Part shown: in pieces, positions 37,288 through 47,648 of the stretch | How positions within the stretch are numbered: position 1 is the first letter of the stretch | Layout: each line of letters starts with the position of its first letter | Source of the DNA: Blastochloris sp. | Lineage (GTDB): Bacteria; Verrucomicrobiota; Verrucomicrobiia; Methylacidiphilales; JAAUTS01 | Length of the DNA: 64,000 nucleotides | Direction of reading: 5' to 3' | Assembly (NCBI GenBank): GCA_034440395.1 | Contig: JAWXBW010000069.1 | Coordinates: 2,798-66,797 of the forward strand | The notes under the pieces: model-generated | The model's input: only the letters and a program-made list of their open reading frames with translations | Told to the model about the DNA's origin: nothing | Databases searched by the model: none | Translations under genes and position numbers: made by a program

Positions 37288-39090
37288 GTGAATTCACGTC
37301 CTATTTATCAATCTAGCAACACGCCTCGCTCTCGTTTAATTAAAGCTACATCTTTGTATTTTATTTTTTACACAATTTTTACCTACGCACTCGTCCTCAT
37401 CTTTAGCCCCCATCTCTTCGCTTTACCAACCAACGAACTGGCAAAAAAAGTTCTAGTCGTTTATAATTCAGATCTACCCGTTTCTAAATCCCTCGCCGCT
37501 CATTACGCTAAGCTCCGCTCCATCCCCGAAGAACGCCTCCTCGGACTTCCTTGTTCCCTAAATGAAACCATCAGTCGCAGGGACTACAACCTCAGCCTAC
37601 GGGACCCCATTAACGCCTACCTTCTTAAAAAAAAGTGGATCGAACGAAAACCTAATATCATCCGCCTTTTTGACCAAGAAATTAAAGTCAACCAAGCCGT
37701 CTCTAACGACATCTGGATCATTGTCCTAATTCAAGGCATACCCCTGCGCATCGAAGAAGATCCCACTTTCACACAGACTCTTACGGTTCCAGAACCCTTC
37801 CGCTTTAACCGCGCCTGCGTTGACTCCGAACTCTCCACCCTACCCACGGAAGGATTGCCTGTAATCGGCTTCTACCCCAATCCTTACTTCACGGAAAAAG
37901 AGTTATCCCCCTTCAACCAATCCCTCGCTAACCAACTTATCTTAGTGTGTCGCCTTGACGGACCTGACCCAGAAACCGTCATCCGCATGATGGACGATGC
38001 CCTCGCCACAGAAAACCTAGAACTCACCGGACGGGTCTATCTCGATTCCCGTAACATCAAAGACCCTAAGGATCCCTACCGAATCGGAGACCAATGGATC
38101 GAAACCTGCGCCATCATCGCCCAAACCAATGGCCTAGAAACCGAACTCGACCAAGAACCCGCCACCGTGGGCTCCACCGCTGTCTGGGATGATGCCGCCC
38201 TCTACTTTGGTTGGTATGAGTGGAATATGAACGGCCCTTTTCTCCGTCCTGAGTTTCATTTTCGTCCAGGAGCTATCGCCTACCACATCCATTCCTTTAG
38301 TGCCGAGACGCTCCGCAGCAAAGAAAAAAACTGGGCCGGCCCCCTTCTCGCAAAAGGTGCCGCCGCCACCATGGGCTCGGTCTATGAACCCTACCTGCGC
38401 TTCACCCCCGATCCCAGCACCTTTCTGCGCGCCCTCTTAAACGGCTACACCTTTGCGGAAGCTAGCTACCAATCTCAGGCCGGCATTTCTTGGACCATGA
38501 CCATGTTAGGCGACCCACTCTATCGGCCCTTCCCACGCCGCTTTTTGGATAACCTGAACCGCACCCAGACCAACACTACCCCAGAGGCACCTTGGATCTA
38601 CCTACGCACAGCCCGACTCATTGCGGCCAGCCAAGAAAGCCTTCCCGTCAAACTCGAAAAAATAAGTAAAGTAGCCGAATTTGCACGCAACTCCCCCATA
38701 TTTCTCGAAGGCTACGCCGACATCCTGAGTGATCTTAAATCAGAACCTGAGCTCCTCATTCCCTTAAGAAAAGAGGCCATCCGTCTGTCCGTAGGCAGTC
38801 CTAATATCATCCGCAACTCCCTCAAATTAGCAAAGCTCTACGCCACTCACCATCAAGCAGAGTCTGCTATAAAGGTTTACGAAACACTCATGCTACAAAT
38901 GCCTGAAGCGTCCCGATCCTACGATGTCCCTAAAATCGCTGCCGACAACGCCGCCCCAATCGCTGCGGAAAAGAGCCCCTCAGGTGAGCTAATAACAGAA
39001 CCTTTGATCACACCGACCCCACCACCCGCCCCTGCTCTGACACCCTTCAAACCTGCCGTTATGAAAGATAGTCTTAAACCGAACTTCTAA
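37288..39090 (+). CDS. conserved hypothetical secreted/anchored protein (TIGR03790-like)
   Basis: N-terminal hydrophobic anchor, then KKVLVVYNSDLPVSKSLAAHYAKLRSIPEE, as I recall for TIGR03790-family proteins. Helical C-terminal third and a Pro-rich tail. Confidence 0.45.
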   Translation: MNSRPIYQSSNTPRSRLIKATSLYFIFYTIFTYALVLIFSPHLFALPTNELAKKVLVVYNSDLPVSKSLAAHYAKLRSIPEERLLGLPCSLNETISRRDYNLSLRDPINAYLLKKKWIERKPNIIRLFDQEIKVNQAVSNDIWIIVLIQGIPLRIEEDPTFTQTLTVPEPFRFNRACVDSELSTLPTEGLPVIGFYPNPYFTEKELSPFNQSLANQLILVCRLDGPDPETVIRMMDDALATENLELTGRVYLDSRNIKDPKDPYRIGDQWIETCAIIAQTNGLETELDQEPATVGSTAVWDDAALYFGWYEWNMNGPFLRPEFHFRPGAIAYHIHSFSAETLRSKEKNWAGPLLAKGAAATMGSVYEPYLRFTPDPSTFLRALLNGYTFAEASYQSQAGISWTMTMLGDPLYRPFPRRFLDNLNRTQTNTTPEAPWIYLRTARLIAASQESLPVKLEKISKVAEFARNSPIFLEGYADILSDLKSEPELLIPLRKEAIRLSVGSPNIIRNSLKLAKLYATHHQAESAIKVYETLMLQMPEASRSYDVPKIAADNAAPIAAEKSPSGELITEPLITPTPPPAPALTPFKPAVMKDSLKPNF

Positions 39091-39158
39091 AATAAAAAGA
39101 GTCAATCGCACTTTTCTCTTGAGCAAGCCCCCTGATTTTTGAGATGATCCCACTTTGC

Positions 39159-39242
39159 GCCGGTGTGGCGGAATTGGCAGACGCGCTAGACTCAAAATCT
39201 AGTATTCGCAAGAGTGTGTGGGTTCGATCCCCTCCACCGGTA
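39159..39242 (+). tRNA. tRNA-Leu (anticodon CAA)
   Basis: Hand-folded cloverleaf: acceptor GCCGGTG/CACCGGT (G1-U72 wobble), anticodon arm CTAGA-CTCAAAA-TCTAG, long variable arm, T-loop TTCGATC (one U-U mismatch in the T stem), discriminator A. Confidence 0.85.
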
Positions 39243-39356
39243 GCGCAAACTCCTTACTACAATCACCTTCAGACTAGCCTATTTTCTTTGAAAATGAGGA
39301 TTGAGACTGGTCGACCCAATACTGCAAACCAGCCGAAGTGCGATTTAGTCCACCTT

Positions 39357-40346
39357 TTACTGACTTAGTGGTAGAGGCATGACAACGACGACATTGCCGC
39401 GCTTACGTCCGGTATCGACGCGAGCGTGGGCGGCTACGATGCTTTCCAAAGAGTAAGTCGAATCGATGATGGGGACGAATTGCCCGAGCTCTACAACTTC
39501 GCACAAGAACTCCAGATCAGCCCGCTTCTCTGGTGCAGTGCCCGCAAAAACGCATTTGCCCTGCGCGCGCCTGCCGCGTGCGGCGTCCAGCATTTGAAGT
39601 AAATCTGCTGCCGCCAACAGGAGGCGTCCATTTGGTTTTAGTGCCTCTTGACAACGAGCAAAGCTTGTCGCACCGACGGTATCGAAAATGATATCATAAC
39701 AGGATAAGTTGCGGGTAAAATCTTCCTTGGCGTAATCAATGACATGATCGGCACCAAGTCCAGCCACAAGCTGAGCATTAGCACTGCTGCACACGGCACT
39801 CACTTCTGCACCAAAATGCTTGGCTAACTGGACTGCGGCGGTGCCGATGGCACCTGACGCACCCAGAATGAGCACGTGCTCACCACGCTGAATATTACCC
39901 AAGTTGCGCAAAAAATAGAGCGCCGCGGTGCCGCCAAAACAAAGCGCAGCCGCCTGCTCGAAACTAAGCCGGCTAGGCTTAGCCACTAGGTTGCCACTTG
40001 CAGACATGGTGCGGTATTCCGCATGGCAGCGCATGCCAACACCAGGAAAGGCGAGCACTTTGTCACCCACGCACCACTGCGAGACGTTTGCGCCGATGGC
40101 CTCTATCGTGCCGGATAACTCGGTTCCGAGGATGCAGTTTCTGGGTGAGCTTACGCCAAAGAAAAGCCTCGCGATCAGGCCAAAGCCACGCGGCACTTGC
40201 AGGCTGCGCACACGCCAGTCGCCCGATGCCACCGTGGTGGCATGGATGCGGATGAGCACCTCATCTGCCGTCGGCACGGGTGTGGGAACTTCCATAACAT
40301 GCACCACCTCAGGCGGGCCATAGCGTTTGTAAACAGCGGCCTTCAT
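39357..40346 (-). CDS. NAD(P)-dependent medium-chain dehydrogenase/reductase (quinone oxidoreductase-like)
   Basis: GroES-like N-terminal domain and cofactor motif LGASGAIGTAAVQLAKHFGAEV. Visibly higher GC than the flanks. Confidence 0.85.
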   Translation of the reverse strand: MKAAVYKRYGPPEVVHVMEVPTPVPTADEVLIRIHATTVASGDWRVRSLQVPRGFGLIARLFFGVSSPRNCILGTELSGTIEAIGANVSQWCVGDKVLAFPGVGMRCHAEYRTMSASGNLVAKPSRLSFEQAAALCFGGTAALYFLRNLGNIQRGEHVLILGASGAIGTAAVQLAKHFGAEVSAVCSSANAQLVAGLGADHVIDYAKEDFTRNLSCYDIIFDTVGATSFARCQEALKPNGRLLLAAADLLQMLDAARGRRAQGKCVFAGTAPEKRADLEFLCEVVELGQFVPIIDSTYSLESIVAAHARVDTGRKRGNVVVVMPLPLSQ

Positions 40347-40430
40347 CGGTTAAGTAGAACCTCTAAATAAGGTGCTGTGCATGGTAATTCTAATAATAAA
40401 ACTAGCCGCTCACCGTGGTTAAAATTTAAT

Positions 40431-42215
40431 TTAAACGAGGACAGCTTGATCATTTTCTGCGGGAACAGGTTCGACCCACTTGCCGTTTTCTTTAATTAAA
40501 TCCACAAGCTGGTTCACGGCTTGGTCTTCAGGGATGTTGAACTTAACAGGCTTTTTACCGATGTAGAGGTTGATCTTATTCGGTGCGCCACCGACGTAGC
40601 CAAAATCAGCATCGGCCATTTCGCCTGGACCGTTCACGATGCAACCCATGACGGCAATTTTGACGCCTTTAAGGTGGAGAGTGGCGGCCTTGATTTTAGC
40701 GGTGGTGCTTTGCAGGTCAAAGAGAGTTCTACCGCAAGAGGGACAGGCCACGTAATCGGTTTTAAAGATACGGTTACCCGCAGCTTGCAAGATGTTATAA
40801 CCTAGGCGGATGTTAGCTCCTGGCGCCTTTTCTTGGCGCAGGAGGATGGCATCGCCAATGCCGTCGCAAAGGAGCGAGCCTATGTGAATGGATGAGCTTA
40901 GCATGGTGCTGAGCAGGTCTGTTTCACGTTCAGGATGTAAGGTGTCCTTTAGCAAGATAGGGTGGCGCGGATGTATTCTGGAGGCGAGGATGCGGAAGGC
41001 TGTAGCTACGTTGAGGTCACTGCCGTCTTTGACGGTGACAACGACGGGAGATTCCATGTCGTTGATCGCTTGGATAACTTTTTCATCATGGAGATCGACT
41101 TCTTGAACCTCAGAGGTTTCGTAAATAATTTCAGGTGCAGTATCCCCCATTTGAGTAAAGCGAGGTTTTAGCGTCTCATAAATGTCATGCAGGGAATAGA
41201 TGCGAGCGGAGTTCGTACCGCCGAGAGTGAACCCTTGAATGCTGAGGGGAATACTATTGCGACGTAGATAAACAAAGGGATCAAAGCTCAACGCATAAGA
41301 CTCACTAACTTGTTGGCACGAGCTGAGACCTTTAGCATATTCGACCAGGGCACGTCCCACGGGAATTTCATGGATGCTGTCTTCGGTGAGGGAGACGCGG
41401 ATGGTATCGCCTAGGCCGTCGAGAAGAAGGGAGCCGATACCGATGGCGCTTTTGATGCGTCCATCTTCACCTTCACCGGCTTCGGTAACTCCGAGGTGGA
41501 TGGGGTAATTCCAATCGGGACCTTCTTGATTAAGTTTAGCAATAAGAAGGCGGTAGGCATTGATCATCACCTTGGGGTTAGATGACTTCATGGAGAAGAC
41601 GAAGTTATGGTAATCAAAACGACGGGCAATCCGGGCGAACTCAAGGGCACTTTCTACCATGCCTAGGGGCGTGTCTCCATAGCGGTTCATAATGCGGTCG
41701 GAGAGGGAGCCGTGGTTTGTGCCGATGCGCATGGCTAGACCACGTTCTTTACAAAGATGCACAAGAGGAGTGAAGGTTTCTTCGATACGGACGAGCTCTT
41801 CATCATACTGGTCGTCGCTATATTCACGAACGGCAAATTTCTTTTTATCGGCAAAGTTACCTGGGTTAATGCGAACCTTGTCCACCCAGAGGGCGGCTTC
41901 CATAGCGGCATCGGGTTTGAAATGGATGTCAGCCACGATGGGAACGTCACAGCCTTGAGCGAGAAGTTCTGCTTTAATATTTTTAAGATTAGCAGCGTCT
42001 TTTACGGTGGGTGCGGTTATGCGCACGAGTTGGCAACCAGCGTTGACGAGGTCCAGTGTTTGCTTAACACAGGCGTCTGTGTCCATGGTGTCGCAGGTGA
42101 TCATGGATTGGACGACGATGGGGTTGTTCCCACCCATTTTGACTTTACCTATGGTGACTTCACGCGTGACTCGACGCTTATAAACAAAGGGATTAGAGCA
42201 GTATTGGGTGAGCAT
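40431..42215 (-). CDS. ispG: 4-hydroxy-3-methylbut-2-enyl diphosphate synthase, long form
   Basis: TIM-barrel N-domain, inserted middle domain, and the 4Fe-4S C-domain motifs ACPSCGRT and GCIVNGPGEMADADFG. Confidence 0.9.
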   Translation of the reverse strand: MLTQYCSNPFVYKRRVTREVTIGKVKMGGNNPIVVQSMITCDTMDTDACVKQTLDLVNAGCQLVRITAPTVKDAANLKNIKAELLAQGCDVPIVADIHFKPDAAMEAALWVDKVRINPGNFADKKKFAVREYSDDQYDEELVRIEETFTPLVHLCKERGLAMRIGTNHGSLSDRIMNRYGDTPLGMVESALEFARIARRFDYHNFVFSMKSSNPKVMINAYRLLIAKLNQEGPDWNYPIHLGVTEAGEGEDGRIKSAIGIGSLLLDGLGDTIRVSLTEDSIHEIPVGRALVEYAKGLSSCQQVSESYALSFDPFVYLRRNSIPLSIQGFTLGGTNSARIYSLHDIYETLKPRFTQMGDTAPEIIYETSEVQEVDLHDEKVIQAINDMESPVVVTVKDGSDLNVATAFRILASRIHPRHPILLKDTLHPERETDLLSTMLSSSIHIGSLLCDGIGDAILLRQEKAPGANIRLGYNILQAAGNRIFKTDYVACPSCGRTLFDLQSTTAKIKAATLHLKGVKIAVMGCIVNGPGEMADADFGYVGGAPNKINLYIGKKPVKFNIPEDQAVNQLVDLIKENGKWVEPVPAENDQAVLV

Positions 42216-42217
42216 AA

Positions 42218-43633
42218 CTATTTTTTAGCGGGTGCGGGTTGTTCGAATTGAAGGGTCGTATTGTCTTTATTACCGCCCTCGAAAAAGCTTTTTGCACGTT
42301 TACCACTTCTACTTATATCAAAGAATGTGACGTAAAGAAAGAAGCTAATAAGGAGCCCAAAAGAAGCCATGTGGAGTATCTCAATGATTTTTTGCTCAGC
42401 AGGTTTTCTACGAATCCACTCTATGACAGAGAGGACGATGTGCCCACCGTCGAGAATGGGGATGGGTAAGAGATTCATGATGGCGAGGTTAACATTTAAA
42501 ATAACAGAAAAATATAAGACTAATCGCCAGTCAACCGTAAGTAGATTCATTAATTTATCAAAAATGCCAACGGGCCCACTTAAATGTCGGAGGCCAACAC
42601 CTGACTTCGGACTAGCTAACGCTTCGAAGGTTCGTTGAATAGTGAAAACCCCATTGACGATCTGATCCACTGGGCTGAGATGGACGGTTTTAGGATCAGA
42701 CATGTTCCAATTAATGCCTAATAAATATCTTTGCGTGGTTTTTTCAAAAAGTGGCTTTATCGAAATATTTAAGATTTCTTCGCCACGCTTAACAACGATG
42801 GCAGATAACCCCTCTTGCTTATTCATTAAGTAGGTAACTTGACCAGGACTCGTAACTTTTTGGCCATTGATTTCTATAATTACGTCCCCCTTTCTCATAC
42901 CCGCAGACGCAGCGGGAGAGTTAGGATGAACCGTACCAATTTCCGCAACATGAGTTGGATAGTTTTCAATCCCGATAGTTCTCAGATTTTCCATCTTCGG
43001 ATCTTTAACTGGCAGGACGGAAAAACTCATGGGCAGACCAGCTCGCAAAATATCAACCTTAACTAACTCATTTTTTGCGAGCATTATTGACTCTGCCACC
43101 CCGTCATAACGCCCCGCCCAGCGGCTCACGCTGCGATCGTCGATTGTCACAATCTCGTCCCCTGCTAAGATCCCCGCCTGCTGGGCAGGACTATTCGGCT
43201 CCACATAGCCCACCACTTTCGTCAGCATGGCTTGGTTCTGAGGGATACCTATCAGGTAACAGAGTATGGCAAAAAACACGGCTAAGAAAAAACTAAAGAG
43301 AGGTCCCGCAAAGGCCGTGATTATTTTTGAAAGCGGCGAGATTGGTGGTAATGCATCAATATCTTGCTGAGTCTGGCCTTCCACCACTTCCATGGCCACC
43401 ATTTGCGGTAGTTTAACGAAACCGCCAAAGGGGAAAGCTCTTAAATTACATTCTACGCCACCCCAACGAAAACCCCAAACTTTCTTCCCCATACCTATAG
43501 CGAATTCCTCCACCACCAAGCCTCTCCAGCGCGCGGCCAAGAAATGGCCTAACTCGTGAACAAACACAGTTATGCTAAATAAAATAAACGCCGCCGTGAA
43601 GGTAAGTATTACAGTTAAAAGTGCCGAGAGCAT
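42218..43633 (-). CDS. rseP: RIP site-2 metalloprotease RseP
   Basis: HELGHF zinc motif, two PDZ-like regions, and NLLPIPILDGGH. Confidence 0.9.
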   Translation of the reverse strand: MLSALLTVILTFTAAFILFSITVFVHELGHFLAARWRGLVVEEFAIGMGKKVWGFRWGGVECNLRAFPFGGFVKLPQMVAMEVVEGQTQQDIDALPPISPLSKIITAFAGPLFSFFLAVFFAILCYLIGIPQNQAMLTKVVGYVEPNSPAQQAGILAGDEIVTIDDRSVSRWAGRYDGVAESIMLAKNELVKVDILRAGLPMSFSVLPVKDPKMENLRTIGIENYPTHVAEIGTVHPNSPAASAGMRKGDVIIEINGQKVTSPGQVTYLMNKQEGLSAIVVKRGEEILNISIKPLFEKTTQRYLLGINWNMSDPKTVHLSPVDQIVNGVFTIQRTFEALASPKSGVGLRHLSGPVGIFDKLMNLLTVDWRLVLYFSVILNVNLAIMNLLPIPILDGGHIVLSVIEWIRRKPAEQKIIEILHMASFGLLISFFLYVTFFDISRSGKRAKSFFEGGNKDNTTLQFEQPAPAKK

Positions 43634-43639
43634 AATTCC

Positions 43640-44779
43640 TTAAAGTTGTTCAGCTTGTTTTCTAGCCCATTGATCTGCCAAAAGTATAGCATCCAGATCA
43701 GGTGAAGCAATGTTCTCGTGCGCATTCATAACACGTTCTACCGTTTCCCAAATTTTCGGAAAACTGCTTCCACCCGCTAAAAAACGATCCACCGCCACTT
43801 CATTTGCTGCATTCATGACTGCTGGCAATGTCCCCCCAGCCATTCCCGCCTCCCGTGCCAGACGTAAAGCCGGAAACCTTACCGCATCTGGTGCCTCAAA
43901 CGCAATCTGCCCCAGCTTAGCAAAATCCAAGGGCGGCAGACTTGTGGGCAAACGACGAGGATAAGTGACCGCATACTGGATGGGAAAACACATATCCGTG
44001 TGACTGAGCTGCGCAATTACGGAATGATCCACAAATTCCACCATCGAATGAACAATGCTTTGGGGATGCACGATCACATCGATCTTCTCCATCCCCACTC
44101 CGAACAACCAGCGCGCCTCGATCATCTCTAAGCCTTTATTAAACATGCTAGCCGAATCTATCGTGATCTTACGACCCATCTCCCACGTGGGATGTTTCAA
44201 AGCTTGCGCCACGCTTACTTTAGCTAAATCCGCTGCTGGCGTTAAACGAAAGGGGCCCCCTGAAGCCGTCAAAATCAAGCGTTGCACTTCACGTTCAGGT
44301 GCTTCATGCAAGCATTGAAAAATAGCGTTATGCTCACTATCAACTGGTAATACCGCTAACCCTTTTTTCTTAGCCAAGCTCATGACGGTTTCCCCGGCCA
44401 TGACTAAAATTTCCTTACTCGCCACCGCTAATTCTTTACCCGTTTCCAGCGCAGCCAGCGCAGGCTCCAACCCACCCGTGCCCACGATGGCGACTAGCAC
44501 CATGTCCGCCTCTGTCTCGCGCACCAGATCGACGAGGCCTTGACGTCCGCGATGAAGCCGGCAGGAAGGGGGCAAGCCTTGGGCGGCCTGTTCCGCTGCG
44601 GCTTCATCAACCACTGCCACTGCCTCAGGCCCGAATTCCTTCACTTGTCCCAACAAAGACTCAACGCTCTTATTTACCGCCAGCCCAACGATCTTCATTT
44701 CACTAGGCAAACGCCGCGCCACCTTAGCCGTGCTTAAGCCAATCGATCCACTTGCCCCTAAAACAATGACACGCTTCAT
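43640..44779 (-). CDS. dxr: 1-deoxy-D-xylulose 5-phosphate reductoisomerase
   Basis: LGASGSIG N-terminus, PVDSEHNAIFQCL, and the MNAANE block. Confidence 0.95.
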   Translation of the reverse strand: MKRVIVLGASGSIGLSTAKVARRLPSEMKIVGLAVNKSVESLLGQVKEFGPEAVAVVDEAAAEQAAQGLPPSCRLHRGRQGLVDLVRETEADMVLVAIVGTGGLEPALAALETGKELAVASKEILVMAGETVMSLAKKKGLAVLPVDSEHNAIFQCLHEAPEREVQRLILTASGGPFRLTPAADLAKVSVAQALKHPTWEMGRKITIDSASMFNKGLEMIEARWLFGVGMEKIDVIVHPQSIVHSMVEFVDHSVIAQLSHTDMCFPIQYAVTYPRRLPTSLPPLDFAKLGQIAFEAPDAVRFPALRLAREAGMAGGTLPAVMNAANEVAVDRFLAGGSSFPKIWETVERVMNAHENIASPDLDAILLADQWARKQAEQL

Positions 44780-44786
44780 AAAATTC

Positions 44787-45635
44787 CTAACTGATTAAAA
44801 TTAAATAACAGTAAAACAAGGGTCCTGTATAAAGCAGACTATCCACCAAGTCCAGAGAACCTCCGATCCCTGGTATAACCACACCCGAATCCTTAGTATC
44901 AGAATCCCGTTTAATTACGGATTCTGCGAGATCACCCACCACACTTACGGATGAAAGTAATACCCCCAAAATCACGGCGTGGATGCCGACAATGGGAGCT
45001 AAGGCGTTCGGCATCAACCACGTTAAGAACAAGCTTAAAGCCAAGGCCGTCAGAATGCCTCCAGCTAAGCCCTCCCACGTTTTCTTCGGGCTAATCAGCG
45101 GAATCATTTTATGGCGTCCCAACCATGAACCCCATAAATACGCTCCTATGTCCGTCACCTTAGTCACGGCCACGAGATAGAGCGCCAGCATAACTCCGTT
45201 CCCTTGGGAAGAAGCCTCATTAAAAAAAATCTTTGGAATAAAATGGAAAAGATACGGAATATAAAAAAATCCAAAAAGCGTCAGCGCCACCGTAGCCAGT
45301 GCGGTGCTTTGTTTTTTCTCGAAAACCTGGCGCCCTAAAATAAATAAGATGGAAAGCAGAATAATAAATGTTTCCAGAGCTTTCGTATTACGCACATCCC
45401 CTTTTAGAAAAACTAGGCCGACATAGGTTATGATAAAAAAAGCGGCACCACAGATCAGCCCTGCTTTTTTAAAAACTCTTAGTCCCTTCGCTTCCTGCAT
45501 GGCATAAAATTCCGACTGCGCAATTAAACCTAAAAGCGACACTAAAACAAAAAGTGCCGTGCGATACTCCTGCCAGACCATCAAAATCAGAAGCCCGATC
45601 AGAATCACCGATGAAAATAAACGTGAGCGGAACAT
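44787..45635 (-). CDS. cdsA: phosphatidate cytidylyltransferase
   Basis: Polytopic protein with the C-terminal signature KRDSDTKDSGVVIPGIGGSLDLVDS. Confidence 0.85.
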   Translation of the reverse strand: MFRSRLFSSVILIGLLILMVWQEYRTALFVLVSLLGLIAQSEFYAMQEAKGLRVFKKAGLICGAAFFIITYVGLVFLKGDVRNTKALETFIILLSILFILGRQVFEKKQSTALATVALTLFGFFYIPYLFHFIPKIFFNEASSQGNGVMLALYLVAVTKVTDIGAYLWGSWLGRHKMIPLISPKKTWEGLAGGILTALALSLFLTWLMPNALAPIVGIHAVILGVLLSSVSVVGDLAESVIKRDSDTKDSGVVIPGIGGSLDLVDSLLYTGPLFYCYLILIS

Positions 45636-45640
45636 AACTG

Positions 45641-46375
45641 CTAGACTGCCCCGAAGCGGCGTTGCCTCTGGTTGTAGGAGCTGAGAGCATTAAAAAACTC
45701 TTCGCGTCCAAAGTCAGGCCAAAGAACTTGCGTGACATACAGCTCGGTGTAAGAAATTTGCCATAATAAAAAATTACTTAAACGCATTTCTCCACTCGTG
45801 CGGATCAAAAGGTCAGGATCGGGAATTCCCTTAGTGTAAAGATGGTCTGAAATAGCTTTTTCATTAATCTGGCTCGTTTTTAATTCTCCTATGCGCACTC
45901 GCTCCGCCAGCGCGCGCATGGCCTCCACCAACTCCACGCGCCCACTGTAGCTTAAGGCTAATACCAAAGTCAGACCCGTATTATTGGCCGTGCTTAGGAT
46001 CGTACGGTTAAGTTGTTTTAAAACCGCTTCCGGTAAATCAGTTAACCGACCAATGGCTCTAAGTCTGATGTTTTTTTGGTTGAGCGTTTTTTCATATTGC
46101 TTGAGCGTTTGCACCAGCAAGGCCATGAGTCCCTTGATCTCCGTGGCAGGGCGAGTCCAATTCTCTACGGAGAAAGCATAGAGCGTAAGAAAATCTACCT
46201 TAGCCTCCGCCGCAGCTTTAACTGTCTCTTCTACCGCCTTAGCTCCGCTTTTATGGCCTTCTAAACGTAGGAGTTTACGCGCTTTAGCCCAGCGTCCGTT
46301 TCCATCCATGATGATGGCGACATGGCGGGGAATGCGCTCGAAAACTGGCAGTCCGCTCCTCGCCACAGATTTCAT
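45641..46375 (-). CDS. uppS: isoprenyl transferase (undecaprenyl diphosphate synthase)
   Basis: Motifs HVAIIMDGNGRWA, FSVENWTRP, RTSGEMRLSNFLLWQ. Confidence 0.95.
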   Translation of the reverse strand: MKSVARSGLPVFERIPRHVAIIMDGNGRWAKARKLLRLEGHKSGAKAVEETVKAAAEAKVDFLTLYAFSVENWTRPATEIKGLMALLVQTLKQYEKTLNQKNIRLRAIGRLTDLPEAVLKQLNRTILSTANNTGLTLVLALSYSGRVELVEAMRALAERVRIGELKTSQINEKAISDHLYTKGIPDPDLLIRTSGEMRLSNFLLWQISYTELYVTQVLWPDFGREEFFNALSSYNQRQRRFGAV

Positions 46376-47637
46376 GGGAAAAAAGTTTGCTCCCGACGCG
46401 GGCCAACCGAGACAATGAGGAGCTTGGCGCCACTTACTTCTTCCAATGCTTTTAAGTAAGTGCGCGCCTCAATGGGTAGCTCACCGAACTTAAGGCACTT
46501 GGAAGTATCTTTTTGCCAGCCTTTAAATATTTTATAAACAGGCGTGCAACGAGCTAGGGCATCAATACAAGCAGGTGGATAGTGGACGGTCTTTCCATCT
46601 AATTTATAGGCCACGCAAAGCTTCACTTCCTTCAATTGATCTAGTCCGTCAAGGTTGGTTAAAGCCAACTCTGTTACGCCATTAATCCGGCTAGCAAATT
46701 TTACCAGAACAGCATCAAACCAACCACAACGTCGCGCCCGGCCCGTGGTGGCTCCAAACTCGCGCCCCATCTCATGCAGCATATCTGAAAGCTCTTCTGA
46801 TTCCGTTGCAAACGGTCCCTCACCTACGCGAGTGGTGTAGGCTTTTAAGGTGCCGATAACTTTATGAACTTGATTAGGGGGTAAGCCCGAGCCCGTGCAA
46901 GCGCCGCCAGAAGTGGTGTTGGAGGAGGTAACGTAGGGATAGGTGCCGCAGTCGATGTCCAGGAAAGTTCCTTGAGCGCCTTCAAACAACATGCTTTTCT
47001 TTTTTTCTAAGAGCTCATGAATTTTCGCAATGGTGTCGCAGATATAGGGTTTTAGAATCTCTGCCGCAGCTTTGTATTCTTTAATGACGGCAGCAGCAGA
47101 AACGGTCTGCCATTTCTTTTGGCGACAGGTTTCATTCACCTCCGACACGCGGGCTTTAATTTTAAGCTCTAGCTTAGTCAGATCAAGTAAGTCATGGGTG
47201 CGTAAGCCTACGCGCGCTGCTTTATCCCCATAGGCTGGGCCAATGCCGCGCTTGGTCGTGCCAATGAGCTTACCTTTAGCGGCGGACTCTCTGCCAGCGT
47301 CCAAACTGCGATGGAAAGGCATGACGACATGAGCACGATCACTGATAAGAAGGCGGCCTTTGGTTTTGATGCCACGGGATTCGAGGCCTTGGATTTCTTT
47401 AACCAAGGAGACAGGGTCAATGACGGTGCCATGACCGATGATGCAAAGTTTTCCCTTACGCAAGATGCCCGAGGGAACTAAATGAAGGACAAATTTTTCC
47501 GAACCGATTTCTACGGTATGGCCCGCATTATTTCCACCTTGGGAACGCACCACGGCGTCGTGGGAATCCATGAGGAAATCAATAATTTTACCTTTGCCTT
47601 CATCTCCCCACTGGGAGCCAACGAGAACGGTGTTCAT
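46372..47637 (-). CDS. purA: adenylosuccinate synthase
   Basis: Motifs QWGDEGKGK, GGNNAGHT, GTTKRGIGPAY. Confidence 0.95.
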   Translation of the reverse strand: MNTVLVGSQWGDEGKGKIIDFLMDSHDAVVRSQGGNNAGHTVEIGSEKFVLHLVPSGILRKGKLCIIGHGTVIDPVSLVKEIQGLESRGIKTKGRLLISDRAHVVMPFHRSLDAGRESAAKGKLIGTTKRGIGPAYGDKAARVGLRTHDLLDLTKLELKIKARVSEVNETCRQKKWQTVSAAAVIKEYKAAAEILKPYICDTIAKIHELLEKKKSMLFEGAQGTFLDIDCGTYPYVTSSNTTSGGACTGSGLPPNQVHKVIGTLKAYTTRVGEGPFATESEELSDMLHEMGREFGATTGRARRCGWFDAVLVKFASRINGVTELALTNLDGLDQLKEVKLCVAYKLDGKTVHYPPACIDALARCTPVYKIFKGWQKDTSKCLKFGELPIEARTYLKALEEVSGAKLLIVSVGPRREQTFFP

Positions 47638-47648
47638 ATATTTTAAAG

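Noticed and set aside
39144-39368. 74-aa plus-strand ORF.
   Set aside because: It overlaps the whole tRNA-Leu gene. The tRNA cloverleaf explains the sequence.
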